A DNA stretch of 64,000 bases from Candidatus Bathyarchaeota archaeon (GCA_963775895.1 CAVZKL010000022.1:1-64000), one strand, 5' to 3'. Numbered from the stretch's first letter, positions 42,084-53,182 are shown. Made by a program: numbers and translations. Notes: a model not told the origin generated them from the sequence alone.

Positions 42084-42617
42084 CTATTTGGAGTATGCCT
42101 TTGCAAGTATTCTTGGTTCCTTCCATTCTTCTCTGAGGATGCTATACAGAAACGCGTCTTTCCATTCTCCGCTGATGAAAGCTGCTTTCCGAATTAATCC
42201 TTCCCTGGTGAACCCTGCTTTTTCCAAGACTCTTTGGGAAGCTGTGTTCTTCGAATTCGTCTGAGCTTCGATTCGCACCGTTTCTTTTGAAAGAAACAGA
42301 TAGTCCACAATGATTCTGACAGCCTCAGTGCAGTGTCCTTTGTTTCTTTCGTTTGGAATGACCCTGTAACCTATAGAATAATGAGGCCCCTTGGGAAGGT
42401 AGAGAATTTGGCCGATTCTGTCTCCGTTCTTTTTCTCTATGATAAACCATTTCTCTCCAGTTCGAGGGCTGTCATACCACTTCTCAACTTCTTCGCAGGA
42501 GTTCTGGTCGAGTGATTCATACTGGCCGACAAACGCGGGATCGTTGTTCCATTCTGTGAATAGTGGCAAGTCTTTTCTTTCCATCACTCTCAGGTTTGTG
42601 TTCGTGCCCTCAAGCAA
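42084..42617 (-). CDS. RimJ/RimL-type GNAT acetyltransferase
   Basis: RNKGHCTEA, NTASQRVLEKAGF and YSILREEW. Confidence 0.9.
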   Translation of the reverse strand: MLEGTNTNLRVMERKDLPLFTEWNNDPAFVGQYESLDQNSCEEVEKWYDSPRTGEKWFIIEKKNGDRIGQILYLPKGPHYSIGYRVIPNERNKGHCTEAVRIIVDYLFLSKETVRIEAQTNSKNTASQRVLEKAGFTREGLIRKAAFISGEWKDAFLYSILREEWKEPRILAKAYSK

Positions 42618-43138
42618 ATTGCTTCAACTCCTCGTTCTATTGCTTCACACTCACGCTTTATGGATTTTGGAGAATCCCCCATTGAAATTCGTGCTTAGGT
42701 TTTTGCCCTCGTGCGTGTGCGCAACAAGGCGCTGTGTGCCAAAGTGGTTGGCAGAAAGATTTAACTCAGTTGTGCGGCAAATTGAAGATTGCGGGTAAAT
42801 GACGTTCGTTTCAGGTGGTCAGAATTGGCTAACTACAGGTCTAGCACCCTTGCAACCATAGTGGCTCTCATTTGTCTTCCACTTGCATATCCGATTTTCA
42901 TCGGTGATTGGCTCGTACGATCAATTTTGATACAAAGCTACAGTGTGCAGGAATGGTTCAGAGAGTTTAAAGATCTCTGGTGATCAACACGCTGCGGTCT
43001 ATGAAACACAGGCAATTGACGTTCAGTCTGGAATCTGGAAAACGATTCTTGCACCGTTGAACACGCAATAATTTAATATCGAGATGAGAGAATGGATGTG
43101 GACATATTACGGGCTTGATTTGAGGAAGGCGGGGCAAC

Positions 43139-44410
43139 GTGGAAAGGAAAACGTTTGATGTTGAAAAAACAGTAACGGAATTGATTCTGAGCGATGATTC
43201 GGCTGAAAAGAGACTGTTGGCCAAAGAGATTTTTGATGTCGCCTTCAACGAAGGAGTTTATCCAGCGAGTATTCACGAGTTTTACATGGCGCGCGGCAGG
43301 GGCGAGTTCAGCGGTTTCACTGTTCCCGCGATAAATCTGAGGGGGATGACCTATGATCTGGCTCGCGGCATATTTAGAGTGGCAAAGAAGAACAATTCTG
43401 GAGCGTTTGTTTTCGAGATTGCCCGGTCTGAGATCGGTTACACCAATCAATCACCGATAGAATATTCAAGTGCGGTTCTGGCGGCAGCGATAAAAGAGAA
43501 TTACTCTGGTCCTGTTTTCATTCAGGGAGACCATTTTCAGGTCAATGCAGCCAAGTTCAAGGAGAACCCCGAAAAAGAAATAGAAGCTTTACAGGCGTTG
43601 ATAACTGATGCAATCAGTTCAGGCTTCTACAACATCGATATTGATTCTTCCACGCTGGTGGATTTGTCGAAGCCCGATTTAGAAAAGCAACAGCTTCTGA
43701 ATTACGAGATATGTGCAAAGCTCACACAGTTTATTCGTCGCACTCAACCGAGAGGAATTATGATATCAGTGGGTGGAGAAATCGGCGAGATTGGGCATCA
43801 AAACTCAACACCAGAGGACCTGCGTGCATTCATGGCCGGTCTCAAGACGAGGTTATCCAAGGAAGCGACCGGAATAAGCAAGATTTCAGTCCAGACGGGA
43901 ACAACTCACGGCGGCGTAGTTCTCCCAAATGGCTCAGTTGCACAGATAAACCTTGACTTCAATACCTTGAAGACTCTTTCCAAAACAGCACGCGAAGAGT
44001 ACGGTTTGGCAGGAGCCGTGCAGCATGGAGCATCAACGCTGCCCCCTGAGGCGTTCCACAAATTTGTCGAATGCGAGACTGCCGAAGTGCACTTGGCAAC
44101 CGAGTTCCAGAACATGATTTATGAGTCAAAACACTTCCCAGCAGCCTTGAGGAAGAAAATCTATGAATGGCTAAGAGTCAATGCTGCAAATGAAGCTAAG
44201 CAAGGCGAAACTGAGGAACAATTCATTTACAAAACCCGGAAAAAAGCCTTGGGGCCTTTCAAGAAAGAGATTACGAGTCTGCCACGAGAGACGCGTGATG
44301 CGATTGCGACCGAAATCGAAGACAGATTTGACTTCCTCTTCAAAGAGCTCAACGCCGTAAACAAAAGAGATTTGGTCGACAAGTACGTGCACGAAGGCTC
44401 TGCTTCATAA
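43139..44410 (+). CDS. Class II aldolase-like protein (FBP/TBP aldolase fold)
   Basis: VPAIN, QGDH, GEIGEIG, GTTHG, QHGAS and HLATE motifs. Confidence 0.85.
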   Translation: MERKTFDVEKTVTELILSDDSAEKRLLAKEIFDVAFNEGVYPASIHEFYMARGRGEFSGFTVPAINLRGMTYDLARGIFRVAKKNNSGAFVFEIARSEIGYTNQSPIEYSSAVLAAAIKENYSGPVFIQGDHFQVNAAKFKENPEKEIEALQALITDAISSGFYNIDIDSSTLVDLSKPDLEKQQLLNYEICAKLTQFIRRTQPRGIMISVGGEIGEIGHQNSTPEDLRAFMAGLKTRLSKEATGISKISVQTGTTHGGVVLPNGSVAQINLDFNTLKTLSKTAREEYGLAGAVQHGASTLPPEAFHKFVECETAEVHLATEFQNMIYESKHFPAALRKKIYEWLRVNAANEAKQGETEEQFIYKTRKKALGPFKKEITSLPRETRDAIATEIEDRFDFLFKELNAVNKRDLVDKYVHEGSAS

Positions 44411-44551
44411 AATCCATGTGCGGGGCAGCATTGGATCTGGTATGGACACTGCAAATATCTGTTCCTTCTAGATTTCATAAGACAGCGTCAGAACACGTAC
44501 TAGACGGATTCTGATTGGAGACTGAGCATTAGCGTTAAAGCCGAACGTTTT

Positions 44552-45001
44552 CTAGTATTCGATGCTGAGGTACAGCAATACGGCAAGTGCTGCAAGCGTG
44601 AAAAGGTCCGGCAACATGGCAAAGGGCCCGAGTCCGAATGCGCGGAAGCCAAAAGCCCACTGAACGAACGGATTTAGGGCAATAGCATTCATGAGAAATA
44701 CTCCCGAAAAAATGGTCAGTCCTATCGTGAATTCTGACCGTGTCTTCCTGTATATGCTAATGTATATGAGCAGGAGAAAGGTTGAAAGCGTCACGTTTAT
44801 CGTGGAAACGATAGTTTGTATCGTGTAGAAAAGTTCGATGTCGCCTTGAATTCTCTCCGGTTCGTGCGGCTCAAAAGGATTGAAAGGATAACGGGGATAC
44901 CATATTGTTGATGTGGCCCAAAGCGCTGCTAGTATGGCGACCACTATCAACGTTACCAGTATTAACAGGTTTCTCAAGTTCTTGTTCATATGATTGTTCA
45001 T
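44552..45001 (-). CDS. Four-TM membrane protein downstream of the HTH regulator
   Basis: Four hydrophobic helices; 18 nt downstream of the HTH gene on the same strand. Confidence 0.8.
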   Translation of the reverse strand: MNNHMNKNLRNLLILVTLIVVAILAALWATSTIWYPRYPFNPFEPHEPERIQGDIELFYTIQTIVSTINVTLSTFLLLIYISIYRKTRSEFTIGLTIFSGVFLMNAIALNPFVQWAFGFRAFGLGPFAMLPDLFTLAALAVLLYLSIEY

Positions 45002-45019
45002 CTACGTTCTCTTCCTTTT

Positions 45020-45322
45020 CTACTTTTTCCAGATTTTCTTCATAATCTCTTCGAATTGTGCATAATTCTCTTCCATTGCCGGAGACAAGAAATACGTGAT
45101 GCCGTACCCCTCTCCGGCGGATGTGATTATCCTGTTTTTCTCAAGCACCTGAAGATGATGCCGTATCGTTCTATAGTCCATGCCAAGCAAGTTCGCTAGT
45201 TGATTCGCGTTCTGCGGAGTCTCATTTAGGGCTTGAATTATCTTGGCACGGCTCAAACCGCCTCTCGTTCCTGCGATGAGCCAGCCCAGTAGATACTTGA
45301 ACGGACGTGCACCAGCAGCCAT
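45020..45322 (-). CDS. ArsR-like winged-HTH regulator
   Basis: WLIAGTRGG...NANQLANLLGMDYRTIRHHLQVL...YGITYFLS. Confidence 0.9.
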   Translation of the reverse strand: MAAGARPFKYLLGWLIAGTRGGLSRAKIIQALNETPQNANQLANLLGMDYRTIRHHLQVLEKNRIITSAGEGYGITYFLSPAMEENYAQFEEIMKKIWKK

Positions 45323-45428
45323 TCACACAGCTCCGCATACATCAAAGGGTTTTGGATAAACTATTTGAACTGGCATAATAAATGTGTCTCTCCAGTTTTC
45401 GCCATGATCTCGGGAAAGAGTAGGGCCA

Positions 45429-45473
45429 GATTAGGAACAGAATCGGGTCTAATTCTGAAAAACCCCTTAATAA
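45429..45473 (+). promoter_or_regulatory. Operator plus BRE/TATA, copy 1
   Basis: GATTAGGAA-CAGAAT-cgggtcta-ATTCTG-AAAAAC-ccc-TTAATAA. Confidence 0.8.
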
Positions 45474-45753
45474 TTCGTGGTTACTGATAGGGGTTGGAGG
45501 TTGAGAACGAGTTAACAGCTGCCTATTCTTCAAAAAGCCTCGGAAGGGTCCAGAAAGACTGAAGATTGTTTTTCCCTTTCCCCTCTCCACTCTCCTTTCT
45601 CCTCCAGTTGCTCTGGACCTTACCGAGAACCAAAGGAGAATAGACGGGACGTCCAAGAAAGGAGTCTGCTGTTGATGTCGTGCCCAAGGCGGCAACAAGG
45701 AAAGTCGCAGCCTCCCATTTCCTTTTCTCAAAAACCAAATTAAGGAGGAAAAC

Positions 45754-45951
45754 ATGGTGAGCAAAACAGAATCTCTGACCGCCAAATTCCAAATCTTAGT
45801 TGCTAAAGAGAAACGCGCTATTCGAATGGCACGCATGGAAGTTGTGAGAGATGCGCAGGAAGCCGTTCACGTGCTCAAAATCATGATTTTCTTGCATTCT
45901 GCCCAAGACTTTGAATCGATCCTCAGACTTTACGGGAAGGACGGTTCTTAG
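45754..45951 (+). CDS. 65-aa hypothetical protein
   Basis: AAGGAGG SD 5 nt before the ATG, downstream of operator copy 1. Confidence 0.55.
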   Translation: MVSKTESLTAKFQILVAKEKRAIRMARMEVVRDAQEAVHVLKIMIFLHSAQDFESILRLYGKDGS

Positions 45952-46042
45952 GGCCGAATGAAAAACGGCAAAGCGGCGCACGAACTTCAATGATAAATGT
46001 GTCCTTCGACTCGTCGTAACATTCGACAACTACGCACGATTG

Positions 46043-46087
46043 GATTAGGAACAGAATATGGTGTAATTCTGAAAAACAGTTTAATAA
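46043..46087 (+). promoter_or_regulatory. Operator plus BRE/TATA, copy 2
   Basis: GATTAGGAA-CAGAAT-atggtgta-ATTCTG-AAAAAC-agt-TTAATAA. Confidence 0.8.
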
Positions 46088-46206
46088 GGCGGTCTTCTTG
46101 ACCAGCCACTATAGCCAATCATGGAGACGGCAATAATGAAGCAACGACAGAACTGTGATTTTAGTCCAATCGAAACCATGCCAAGAACACTTGGGCTAAA
46201 CATGAC

Positions 46207-47624
46207 ATGGTCGTTAAGGTGAGGCATTTGGGTGCATTGACAAGAGCAGTCAGGAATATTTCGAGGAGGAAAGTGAGGGCATTCTTGGTAATCATTGCCT
46301 TAGGTTTTACTCTGGCAATAATGATTTCCGTTCCCGCGGGTATAATGGCGAACCAAGACTCCACTCAGAACCTAACTCAAAATTTCAACAGTACTATCAG
46401 TAATATGGAAGAGGAAATCAATAAGACAGCTACACTGATAGAATGTTCAACTTCATCTGGACAAGGCATGTTTTCTGGCTCACCGTCTGGTCCGCCCTCC
46501 GGCACATCCCGTTTTGGATTCGGACAAGAAGAGGTTTTCATAAATGAAACCGTTGGCGATGAAATTCGCTCTATTGATGGTGTTAAAGATGTTGTGCCAT
46601 TCCTTGTGAAGTCATCCAAGGAGAACACTTCGGAAACCATAAGTACACCACGTGGGGACTTCACCATTTCTAGACCCCTCTACTCGATTACGGGTATTTG
46701 TCTGAATTCCTCCTTAATCGACGAATATTCCATACTGCCGACAAATGTAACAGCGGGGAGAAATCTGCACGAAGGGGATAGCGGTGTTCTTGTCATGAGC
46801 CTTAACCTCTCAGATTACTTTGGAGTAGGAGTAGGTGACAGTTTTGAGGTCAACGGCGAGTCTTTTACAGTAGTAGGAGTCTATAACTCAACGAGTCAAG
46901 GCTTCACGGGAACAAGAATGGTGTACATGAACCTTTCTGATGCTCAGAGCGGCAACTGGCGAAATAGGAAACGTAAGCAGGTTTGATGTGTATGCAGAGG
47001 ATGCTTCTTATGTGGATGGAATAGCCCAAGTGATAAGGGCAGCGTATTCAGACCTTTACGTTACGACGTATAAAGATCGCTTGACAAGCCTTCAGAGCAT
47101 GCAAACAAGATATACGGAGACGTTGAACAGTGCTGAATCAACCATAGCTCAGACGCAGACAGTCGCAACCCAAGAGATCATCGTGGCAGTCGCCGCCACA
47201 AGTCTCATAGTCCTGTTTGTGATGCTGTATACCGTACGTGAAAGGACGAAGGAGATTGGCACACTCAAAGCGATAGGCTTCAGCAGCTGGGACGTTATGG
47301 GCCAGTTTATGCTCGAAGGAGTACTGCTGAGCTTGGTCGCAGGTCTAGTTGGCATTGCGATAGGAACCGTGGGAGCGCCCGTCCTAACGGGTCTTCTGCT
47401 GCCTCACATAAACCCGTTTGGTTCATCAGGCACATTCGGAACCGCTGGCGATCCCCAATTTGGTCAAGTCCCGAGACCTCTGGATCAATAGGTGCTTCAG
47501 CCTCTATAAGCCCGCAGCTTATGCTGATTGCGATTGGTGCAGCTGTGTTGCTTGGGGCCGTTGGCAGTCTGTATCCAGCTTGGAGAGCCTCAAGAACAAG
47601 ACCTGCGGAGGCAATGAGGTATGA
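46207..47624 (+). CDS. MacB/FtsX ABC permease, frameshifts near 46945 and 47470
   Basis: RNISRRKVR, a MacB periplasmic-like domain, RERTKEIGTLKAIG and YPAWRASRTRPAEAMRYE. Confidence 0.88.
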
Positions 47625-48404
47625 GTGAAGTCGTTCTGAAAACAGAGAACGTGTCCAAGAACTTCACCATGGGCAAACGCAAGATCCAAGCCTTATCCGA
47701 TCTGAGTCTTCAAGTGAACAAAGGCGAGTTTGTGGCAATCATGGGGCCCTCTGGTTCAGGCAAGACAACGCTGCTAAACGTCTTGGGCTGTCTTGACAGA
47801 CCGAGTAGTGGAAGAGTGGTCTTGGACAACGTTGATGTCGCCAAATTGCCCGAAAGAGGAACTCTGCAAGATAAGACGGAACAAAATTGGGTTTGTCTTC
47901 CAGACTTTCAACCTGTTGCCATACCTGAACGCGGTCGAAAATGTGGAACTGCCCATGGAATCGACCAAAAAGTCTGGGAGCAAAAGAAGAGAACGGGCCC
48001 GCGAACTGCTGGCTTTGGTGGGGTTGGCGGGAAGAGAAGAGCACAGGCCGCAGAAGCTGAGTGCCGGTGAGCAGCAAAGAGTGGCGATTGCGCGAGCCTT
48101 GGCAAATGATCCAGCAATAATTTTGGCAGACGAACCCACCGGAAACTTGGATACAGAAAACAAATACGAGATTGTCAGGCTCCTGGCAAACTTGAACATT
48201 GATCGGGGAACAACCGTCGTGATGGTGACCCATGACAGTCAGGTGGCTTCACACACTGAAAGAATGCTGCTTTTGAAGGACGGGAGAATTACTAAGGAAA
48301 AGCAGGGGCTTCATCTTGCAAAGAAGAAGCTCATTTGTCCTTATTGTGGGGGCAAGATTCAACCCACTGATCAGAGGTGCCCCAACTGCAAAAAAAGACT
48401 ATGA
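47621..48404 (+). CDS. LolD-type ABC ATPase with a C-terminal Zn ribbon, frameshift near 47855
   Basis: [24 protein letters not shown] and CPYC...CPNC. Confidence 0.9.
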
Positions 48405-48430
48405 AAAAATAGGGAGGAATTTGATTGGAA

Positions 48431-49655
48431 ATGTCTGAAAAACCGAAAAAGTCGCGACTTTACGTAGTTTTAGTCGTGGCGGTTATTATAAGTCTGTTGA
48501 TCGGAGGAATGTTCGGCTACGCAATAAGCAGTCTGGTCGCTGGAAACGAAATCGGCGGTCTTCAGAGCCGTGTTTCAGATCTCGAGAAAACTGTTTCTGA
48601 TATTTCTGCCGCAAAACGACACCTATTTGTTACAAAACGACACTTATTTGTTAGGGGATAATGTTTCGTTGTCTCAACTTTACGGGCGGGTGAATAGCTC
48701 TATTGCTGTCGTTGAAGGAATAATAGTGGAATACGACATTTTCAACAGACCTTACTACTCGACGGTGCAGGGATCAGGATTTGTGTCTAATCTAACAGGA
48801 CAATCCGTGATCATCACGAACTACCACGTTGTTGATGGCGCAACCAACATAACTGCAACGTTCATAGATGGAGACACGTACGCGGCCAAAGTGATAGGGA
48901 CGGATGCTTACGCGGATCTTGCGGTGCTTTCAACGAACGCGTCAATGACTGAATACGAACCCCTTAAAATCGTAAGCTCATCGACATTGAGTGTTGGTGA
49001 CCCTGTGCTTGCTGTTGGTAGTCCTTACGGATTAGCTGGAACAGTGACCCTGGGAATAGTCAGCGCGCTTGGCAGAACGATCACCGAAAGCACATCAGGC
49101 GGGTATGCCATAGCTGACTGCATTCAGACAACGACGGCTATAAACCCCGGAAATTCAGGAGGGCCACTTCTGAACTATCAGGGGGAAGTCGTCGGCATTA
49201 CTACCGCCATAGTGAGCGGTTCGACAGGTTTAGGCTTCGCCATTCCATCGAGTTCAATATTGAGAGAAATCCCATCCTTAATTGCAAATGGTTCCTTCAC
49301 TGGTCATTCCTCGCTGGGGGCGTCTGGAACGGACATGAACTTCGGAATTGCGCAAGCGATGAACACCAGCGTGACCTACGGGTGGCTAATCGCTCAAGTC
49401 ACACCAGGAGGGGCAGCAGACAAAGCCGGACTTCGAGGCGGCACAAGCACAGTTGAGGTTGCAGGAACAATGGTGGCTATAGGGGGCGACATAATAACGG
49501 CGATTAACGGTGCGAGAATCAGGAACGGTGACGACCTCTCAACTTACTTGGAAGAGAACACTCTGCCAGGTCAGACAATCAACGTAACATTAGTGAGGGG
49601 TAATGAGACTCTGACACTATCGGTCGAGTTGGGAGAACGGTCACCGCTTACTTAG
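48431..49655 (+). CDS. Membrane-anchored HtrA/DegP serine protease with a PDZ domain, frameshift near 48610
   Basis: N-terminal TM, TNYHVV, DLAV, INPGNSGGPL and AADKAGL. Confidence 0.92.
48612..48653 (+). repeat. 21-bp tandem duplication (QNDTYLL x2)
   Basis: caaaacgacacctatttgtta followed by caaaacgacacttatttgtta. Confidence 0.9.
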
Positions 49656-49922
49656 TCCGCATGGTTTTCGAGTAAGGTCAAGTGTCAGGGCGAGCCCGCT
49701 TTTCCCTTGCGTGGTATCATCGATAGACTTCGATGAAACAGAAGACATGCATTGAATTCTGGTTGTCACGAGGCACTTACAGCACGATGCATCCTTCCTA
49801 ATACTCCTCTTTTCTGTTCTTAACGCTTGGAATCTGCCTCGTAATTCTCTACACGCGCGATGCGCACAAGTTTTAAAAATTGAAGCTCGGTTAATCAACG
49901 ATGAGATCGGGAGTTGAATTGA

Positions 49923-50510
49923 ATGAAGCTTGCTATAAGTTCTATCGCGGGTGTCGCCGTCATAGTTCTGTACTGTGCTTTCACTTTTTCTTCTTGGGCT
50001 CTCTTCTCAACGACCTACAATCCCGTGAACAACTGGTTGAGCGATTTAGGCAACTCGAGTTCCTCGTACAATCCCAGCGGTGCAATCCTTTACAATCTGG
50101 GCTGTGTACTGACGGGCATTGCGCTGTTTCCCTTTTTCATCGGGCTCTACAAGTGGTACACTGATGAGAAATGGAGAAAGATATCTCTGATGATTTCGCA
50201 AGTCGTCGGCTGTTTAGCGGCGTTTGCGTTGATCATGATCGGTGTTTTCTCGGAAGACTCGGGTTCGCTGCACAGTCTTTGGTCAAACGTTTTCTTCTTG
50301 CTCAACCTCGTGGTTCTGGTGCTGGTCGGAGCATCTTTGTTCACGCATACACGGTACATACGAGCTATAGCCATCTATGGATTTGTCGTTGCCGCAGTTA
50401 ACCTTGCGTTTCTCCTGGTTGCTGATACGCCTTTGCTGGAGTGGTTCACGGTGTTCACGGCGCTCGGGTACGTTGGTTTGATGGCATACAACATGGCGAA
50501 ATTGTCTTAG
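49923..50510 (+). CDS. DUF998-like membrane protein
   Basis: NWLSDLG, GVFSE...LH and several TM helices. Confidence 0.8.
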   Translation: MKLAISSIAGVAVIVLYCAFTFSSWALFSTTYNPVNNWLSDLGNSSSSYNPSGAILYNLGCVLTGIALFPFFIGLYKWYTDEKWRKISLMISQVVGCLAAFALIMIGVFSEDSGSLHSLWSNVFFLLNLVVLVLVGASLFTHTRYIRAIAIYGFVVAAVNLAFLLVADTPLLEWFTVFTALGYVGLMAYNMAKLS

Positions 50511-50590
50511 TCGGCGCGCTTAACAGTCCTCGTTTTTTTCTGTTTTGCGCTACGCGCGATTTTGTTTATGCTTTTGATCTGGGTTCTTGC

Positions 50591-50983
50591 TTAATGTTCT
50601 TTTCTCGGACGAAAAATCTCGCATGCTTCTTGTCTTCTCCACAGCTCCTGGTCGCTGCTGTAGTCTCGTGGACATTTCCGTTTCAGATAGAAGACGCATG
50701 CTCCACACTCGGTTTTGCCTGAGTAACCTAGATTTGAATCGGGCGCAGTCGAGGGCGGTTCTTCTTCTCTTTCCTGTCTGTGTTCAAGCAGATCGCATTT
50801 TATGTCACACTTTTCTCGGAGCTCGCATTTGTAGCAGCATTTATCTTTGGTGTCGTTTTTGCAGGCTTCTGTTCTGAGGGGGTTGACTTGTTCCTCTTTT
50901 ACGGCTGAACAGGTGTCGTCTCCGATCAGATATTCGCATTCGCTTTGATGATCAGCGTCTTTCAAGTCGGGTTCTTCCGTCAA
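50591..50983 (-). CDS. Cys-rich hypothetical protein, probably metal-binding
   Basis: 12 Cys in 130 aa, in two clusters. Confidence 0.7.
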   Translation of the reverse strand: MTEEPDLKDADHQSECEYLIGDDTCSAVKEEQVNPLRTEACKNDTKDKCCYKCELREKCDIKCDLLEHRQEREEEPPSTAPDSNLGYSGKTECGACVFYLKRKCPRDYSSDQELWRRQEACEIFRPRKEH

Positions 50984-51006
50984 AGTACATCACGGTTTCG
51001 TCAAGC

Positions 51007-51549
51007 TTAAGGCTTGAGGATCTGCAATAGTTCTTCGATGATTCTGTACGTTAGTCCCCATATGACATCGCCGTCAACTACGTAGGCTGGAACCTTTCCG
51101 AACTTGAGAGCGACGGTCGTCCTGTGCCTTGCGAGTTTTTCGATGGGAATCCATACGTATTTTTCGAGTTCTTTTTGATTCAACACGATCGTGGGTTTGT
51201 GTTCTAGGAGAATGACAAAGGGTAGGACTCTGATTTCTGGCCTTGGCGTTGATGCGTCTGCGTTCATGACTCCGAGAAAGCGGCATTGGTCAAGGTTGAT
51301 GCCCGTTTCTTCGAAGGTTTCTCTTAGGACGGTGTACTTGAGGTTGATGTCTTTTGGGTCTCGTTTTCCTCCGGGGAGCGCCATTTGTCCTGACCATGGG
51401 TCTGCTGGGTTCTGGGCGCGTTTTACGAAGAGTACGCTTGGGTTTGAGTTTCCGTGGAGGAGTAGCGCCACCGCTGCGTTTGCGTTCTGTTCGTCTGATA
51501 ACGTTTTCAGGTTTCGTGAGAGTCTCTGGGCAATGTTTGCATGAGTCAA
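51007..51549 (-). CDS. Nudix hydrolase (CoA pyrophosphatase-like)
   Basis: GQMALPGGK, LRETFEETG and IWGLT motifs. Confidence 0.9.
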   Translation of the reverse strand: MTHANIAQRLSRNLKTLSDEQNANAAVALLLHGNSNPSVLFVKRAQNPADPWSGQMALPGGKRDPKDINLKYTVLRETFEETGINLDQCRFLGVMNADASTPRPEIRVLPFVILLEHKPTIVLNQKELEKYVWIPIEKLARHRTTVALKFGKVPAYVVDGDVIWGLTYRIIEELLQILKP

Positions 51550-52076
51550 CGTTGATCAGTTTTTTCTTGGGCGTGTTCTTTCTTCATGGCTTCTGCCAAG
51601 AACTTGAAGGATAGGTTTCTCAGTATGTTGTCGCTTTGCAGGCTGACGATGAACGAGGAGAAAGATTCAAAGTATTTTCCCCATCCGGCCTTGTAGTCTT
51701 GCATGACTTTTGAATAGTCGCTGTAGTTTTTGTGGACTGATATGCCCATTCTGTCGGCGCCTGAGCCTGAGCCTGTTGAAATGAATATTACGTTTGGGTG
51801 TTCTTTGATGAACTTTTTCATTTCTTCAACGTGCGTGTCAGGGTGCTCTTGAAAGTTCCATTTGCCGAACGTGAATGCTAGGATTTCATAGCCGAGTTTC
51901 TTCAGGTCTGGGATGGCAGTGTAGTCGATCAGTTCTTCTTTCTCAAGTTCTGTTCTTCTTCTTGTGACGGTGGGTTGAGAAGTCTTCAGGGTTTTGGCCA
52001 TCTGTCTGTCGCTTAATCTAGGGTTATTGATCAACTCGGAGATGATCGCGTAGTCAACCTGCTTCAATTTTCTCAT
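51546..52076 (-). CDS. Lrp/AsnC-family transcriptional regulator
   Basis: NPRLSDRQMAKTLKTSQPTVTRRR...DLKKLG. Confidence 0.9.
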   Translation of the reverse strand: MRKLKQVDYAIISELINNPRLSDRQMAKTLKTSQPTVTRRRTELEKEELIDYTAIPDLKKLGYEILAFTFGKWNFQEHPDTHVEEMKKFIKEHPNVIFISTGSGSGADRMGISVHKNYSDYSKVMQDYKAGWGKYFESFSSFIVSLQSDNILRNLSFKFLAEAMKKEHAQEKTDQR

Positions 52077-52211
52077 TGGATCGCCTTTGAAGGTGACTTT
52101 TGATAACGTGAAGTTAAAGGGGGCTTTAAGTCTTTTCAACGAAAACGGCAAAGAATACGAAGCGCGCATGGGATAGTCCCAAGTGCTTTAGTACTTGAGA
52201 AGCATACCGAT

Positions 52212-53036
52212 GTGGTAAGTCGAGAGATGCGGATGAGTGCGTTTGGTGCGTTCCCAGAACCGGTGCCTCCGCCCCCTCCTGCAGAGAAGAGGCGAAGGGT
52301 TTCCGTGGTGTTGTTGGCTCTCTTGCTGGTTTTTGTGCTGGTGTCTGCCTTGGTCGTTGTCTTTCCTTTTGTGACGAGTCCGGCGATTGAACAGATGGCT
52401 AGTGCTGACTGGTCGGGCTATTCGGTTGCGTCGGATTTGAATTCACCGCAGCCAAAGGTCACGAGTGTGAATGGTTCTTGGACGGTTCCGGCCGTGAACG
52501 TTTCAGTAGGAGACTCTTACAGTGCGGTGTGGGTTGGAATCGGTGGGCAATTCGACGACACGATGATTCAGGTGGGGACGGAACAAGACTCCATAAACGG
52601 GCAGAAGGTGTACTCGGCTTGGTATGAGTTGTTGCCGTCCGATGCGGTGACGATTGATTCTTTGAGCGTGTCGGCGGGAGACAGGGTCACGGCTTCGGTA
52701 TCTCTTTTGGACCGAGCTGGGAATGTGTGGTCGGTGGAAATCACGGATGTCACGCGTGCGCAGTCGGTGAGGAAGAGTCTTGTTTATGCTTCTTCGATGC
52801 TTTCGGCTGAGTGGATTGTGGAGCGGCCAACGATATTCAACCGTCTGGGCGCTCTGGCCGACTTTGGCCGGGTTACTTTTACAGATTGCGGGGCAACGAT
52901 TGGCGGCAAGGCGGGCACGATCAGCGATTTTCCAGTGGAAGAGATCACGTTGATCAGTCGGGCGAACGTGAGACTGGTGAGTGTTTCGTCGCTTGCCTCT
53001 GGAGGTTCGTCTTTTGATGTCAGCTACTTGGGTTAG
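52212..53036 (+). CDS. Membrane-anchored glutamic peptidase (family G1)
   Basis: SADWSGY, WVGIGG, IQVGT (catalytic Q), AWYE and SAEWIVERP (catalytic E). Confidence 0.88.
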   Translation: MVSREMRMSAFGAFPEPVPPPPPAEKRRRVSVVLLALLLVFVLVSALVVVFPFVTSPAIEQMASADWSGYSVASDLNSPQPKVTSVNGSWTVPAVNVSVGDSYSAVWVGIGGQFDDTMIQVGTEQDSINGQKVYSAWYELLPSDAVTIDSLSVSAGDRVTASVSLLDRAGNVWSVEITDVTRAQSVRKSLVYASSMLSAEWIVERPTIFNRLGALADFGRVTFTDCGATIGGKAGTISDFPVEEITLISRANVRLVSVSSLASGGSSFDVSYLG

Positions 53037-53107
53037 CAAATCAGCATTGTGTCTGTGCTGATTTATGTGCGCGCTGACTGCGTCAGGCTCATGTGAAGCG
53101 TGCGTGA

Positions 53108-53152
53108 GATTTGGGATGGAATTGGGTGTAATTCTGAAAAACGTGTTAATAG
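53108..53152 (+). promoter_or_regulatory. Operator plus BRE/TATA, copy 3
   Basis: GATTTGGGA-TGGAAT-tgggtgta-ATTCTG-AAAAAC-gtg-TTAATAG. Confidence 0.72.
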
Positions 53153-53182
53153 GCGGGTGGGTTGCTGTTTGGATGGTGATGT

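Noticed and set aside
48612-48653. Tandem repeat in htrA as a contingency locus
   Set aside because: There are only two in-frame copies in a linker, with no sign of variability.
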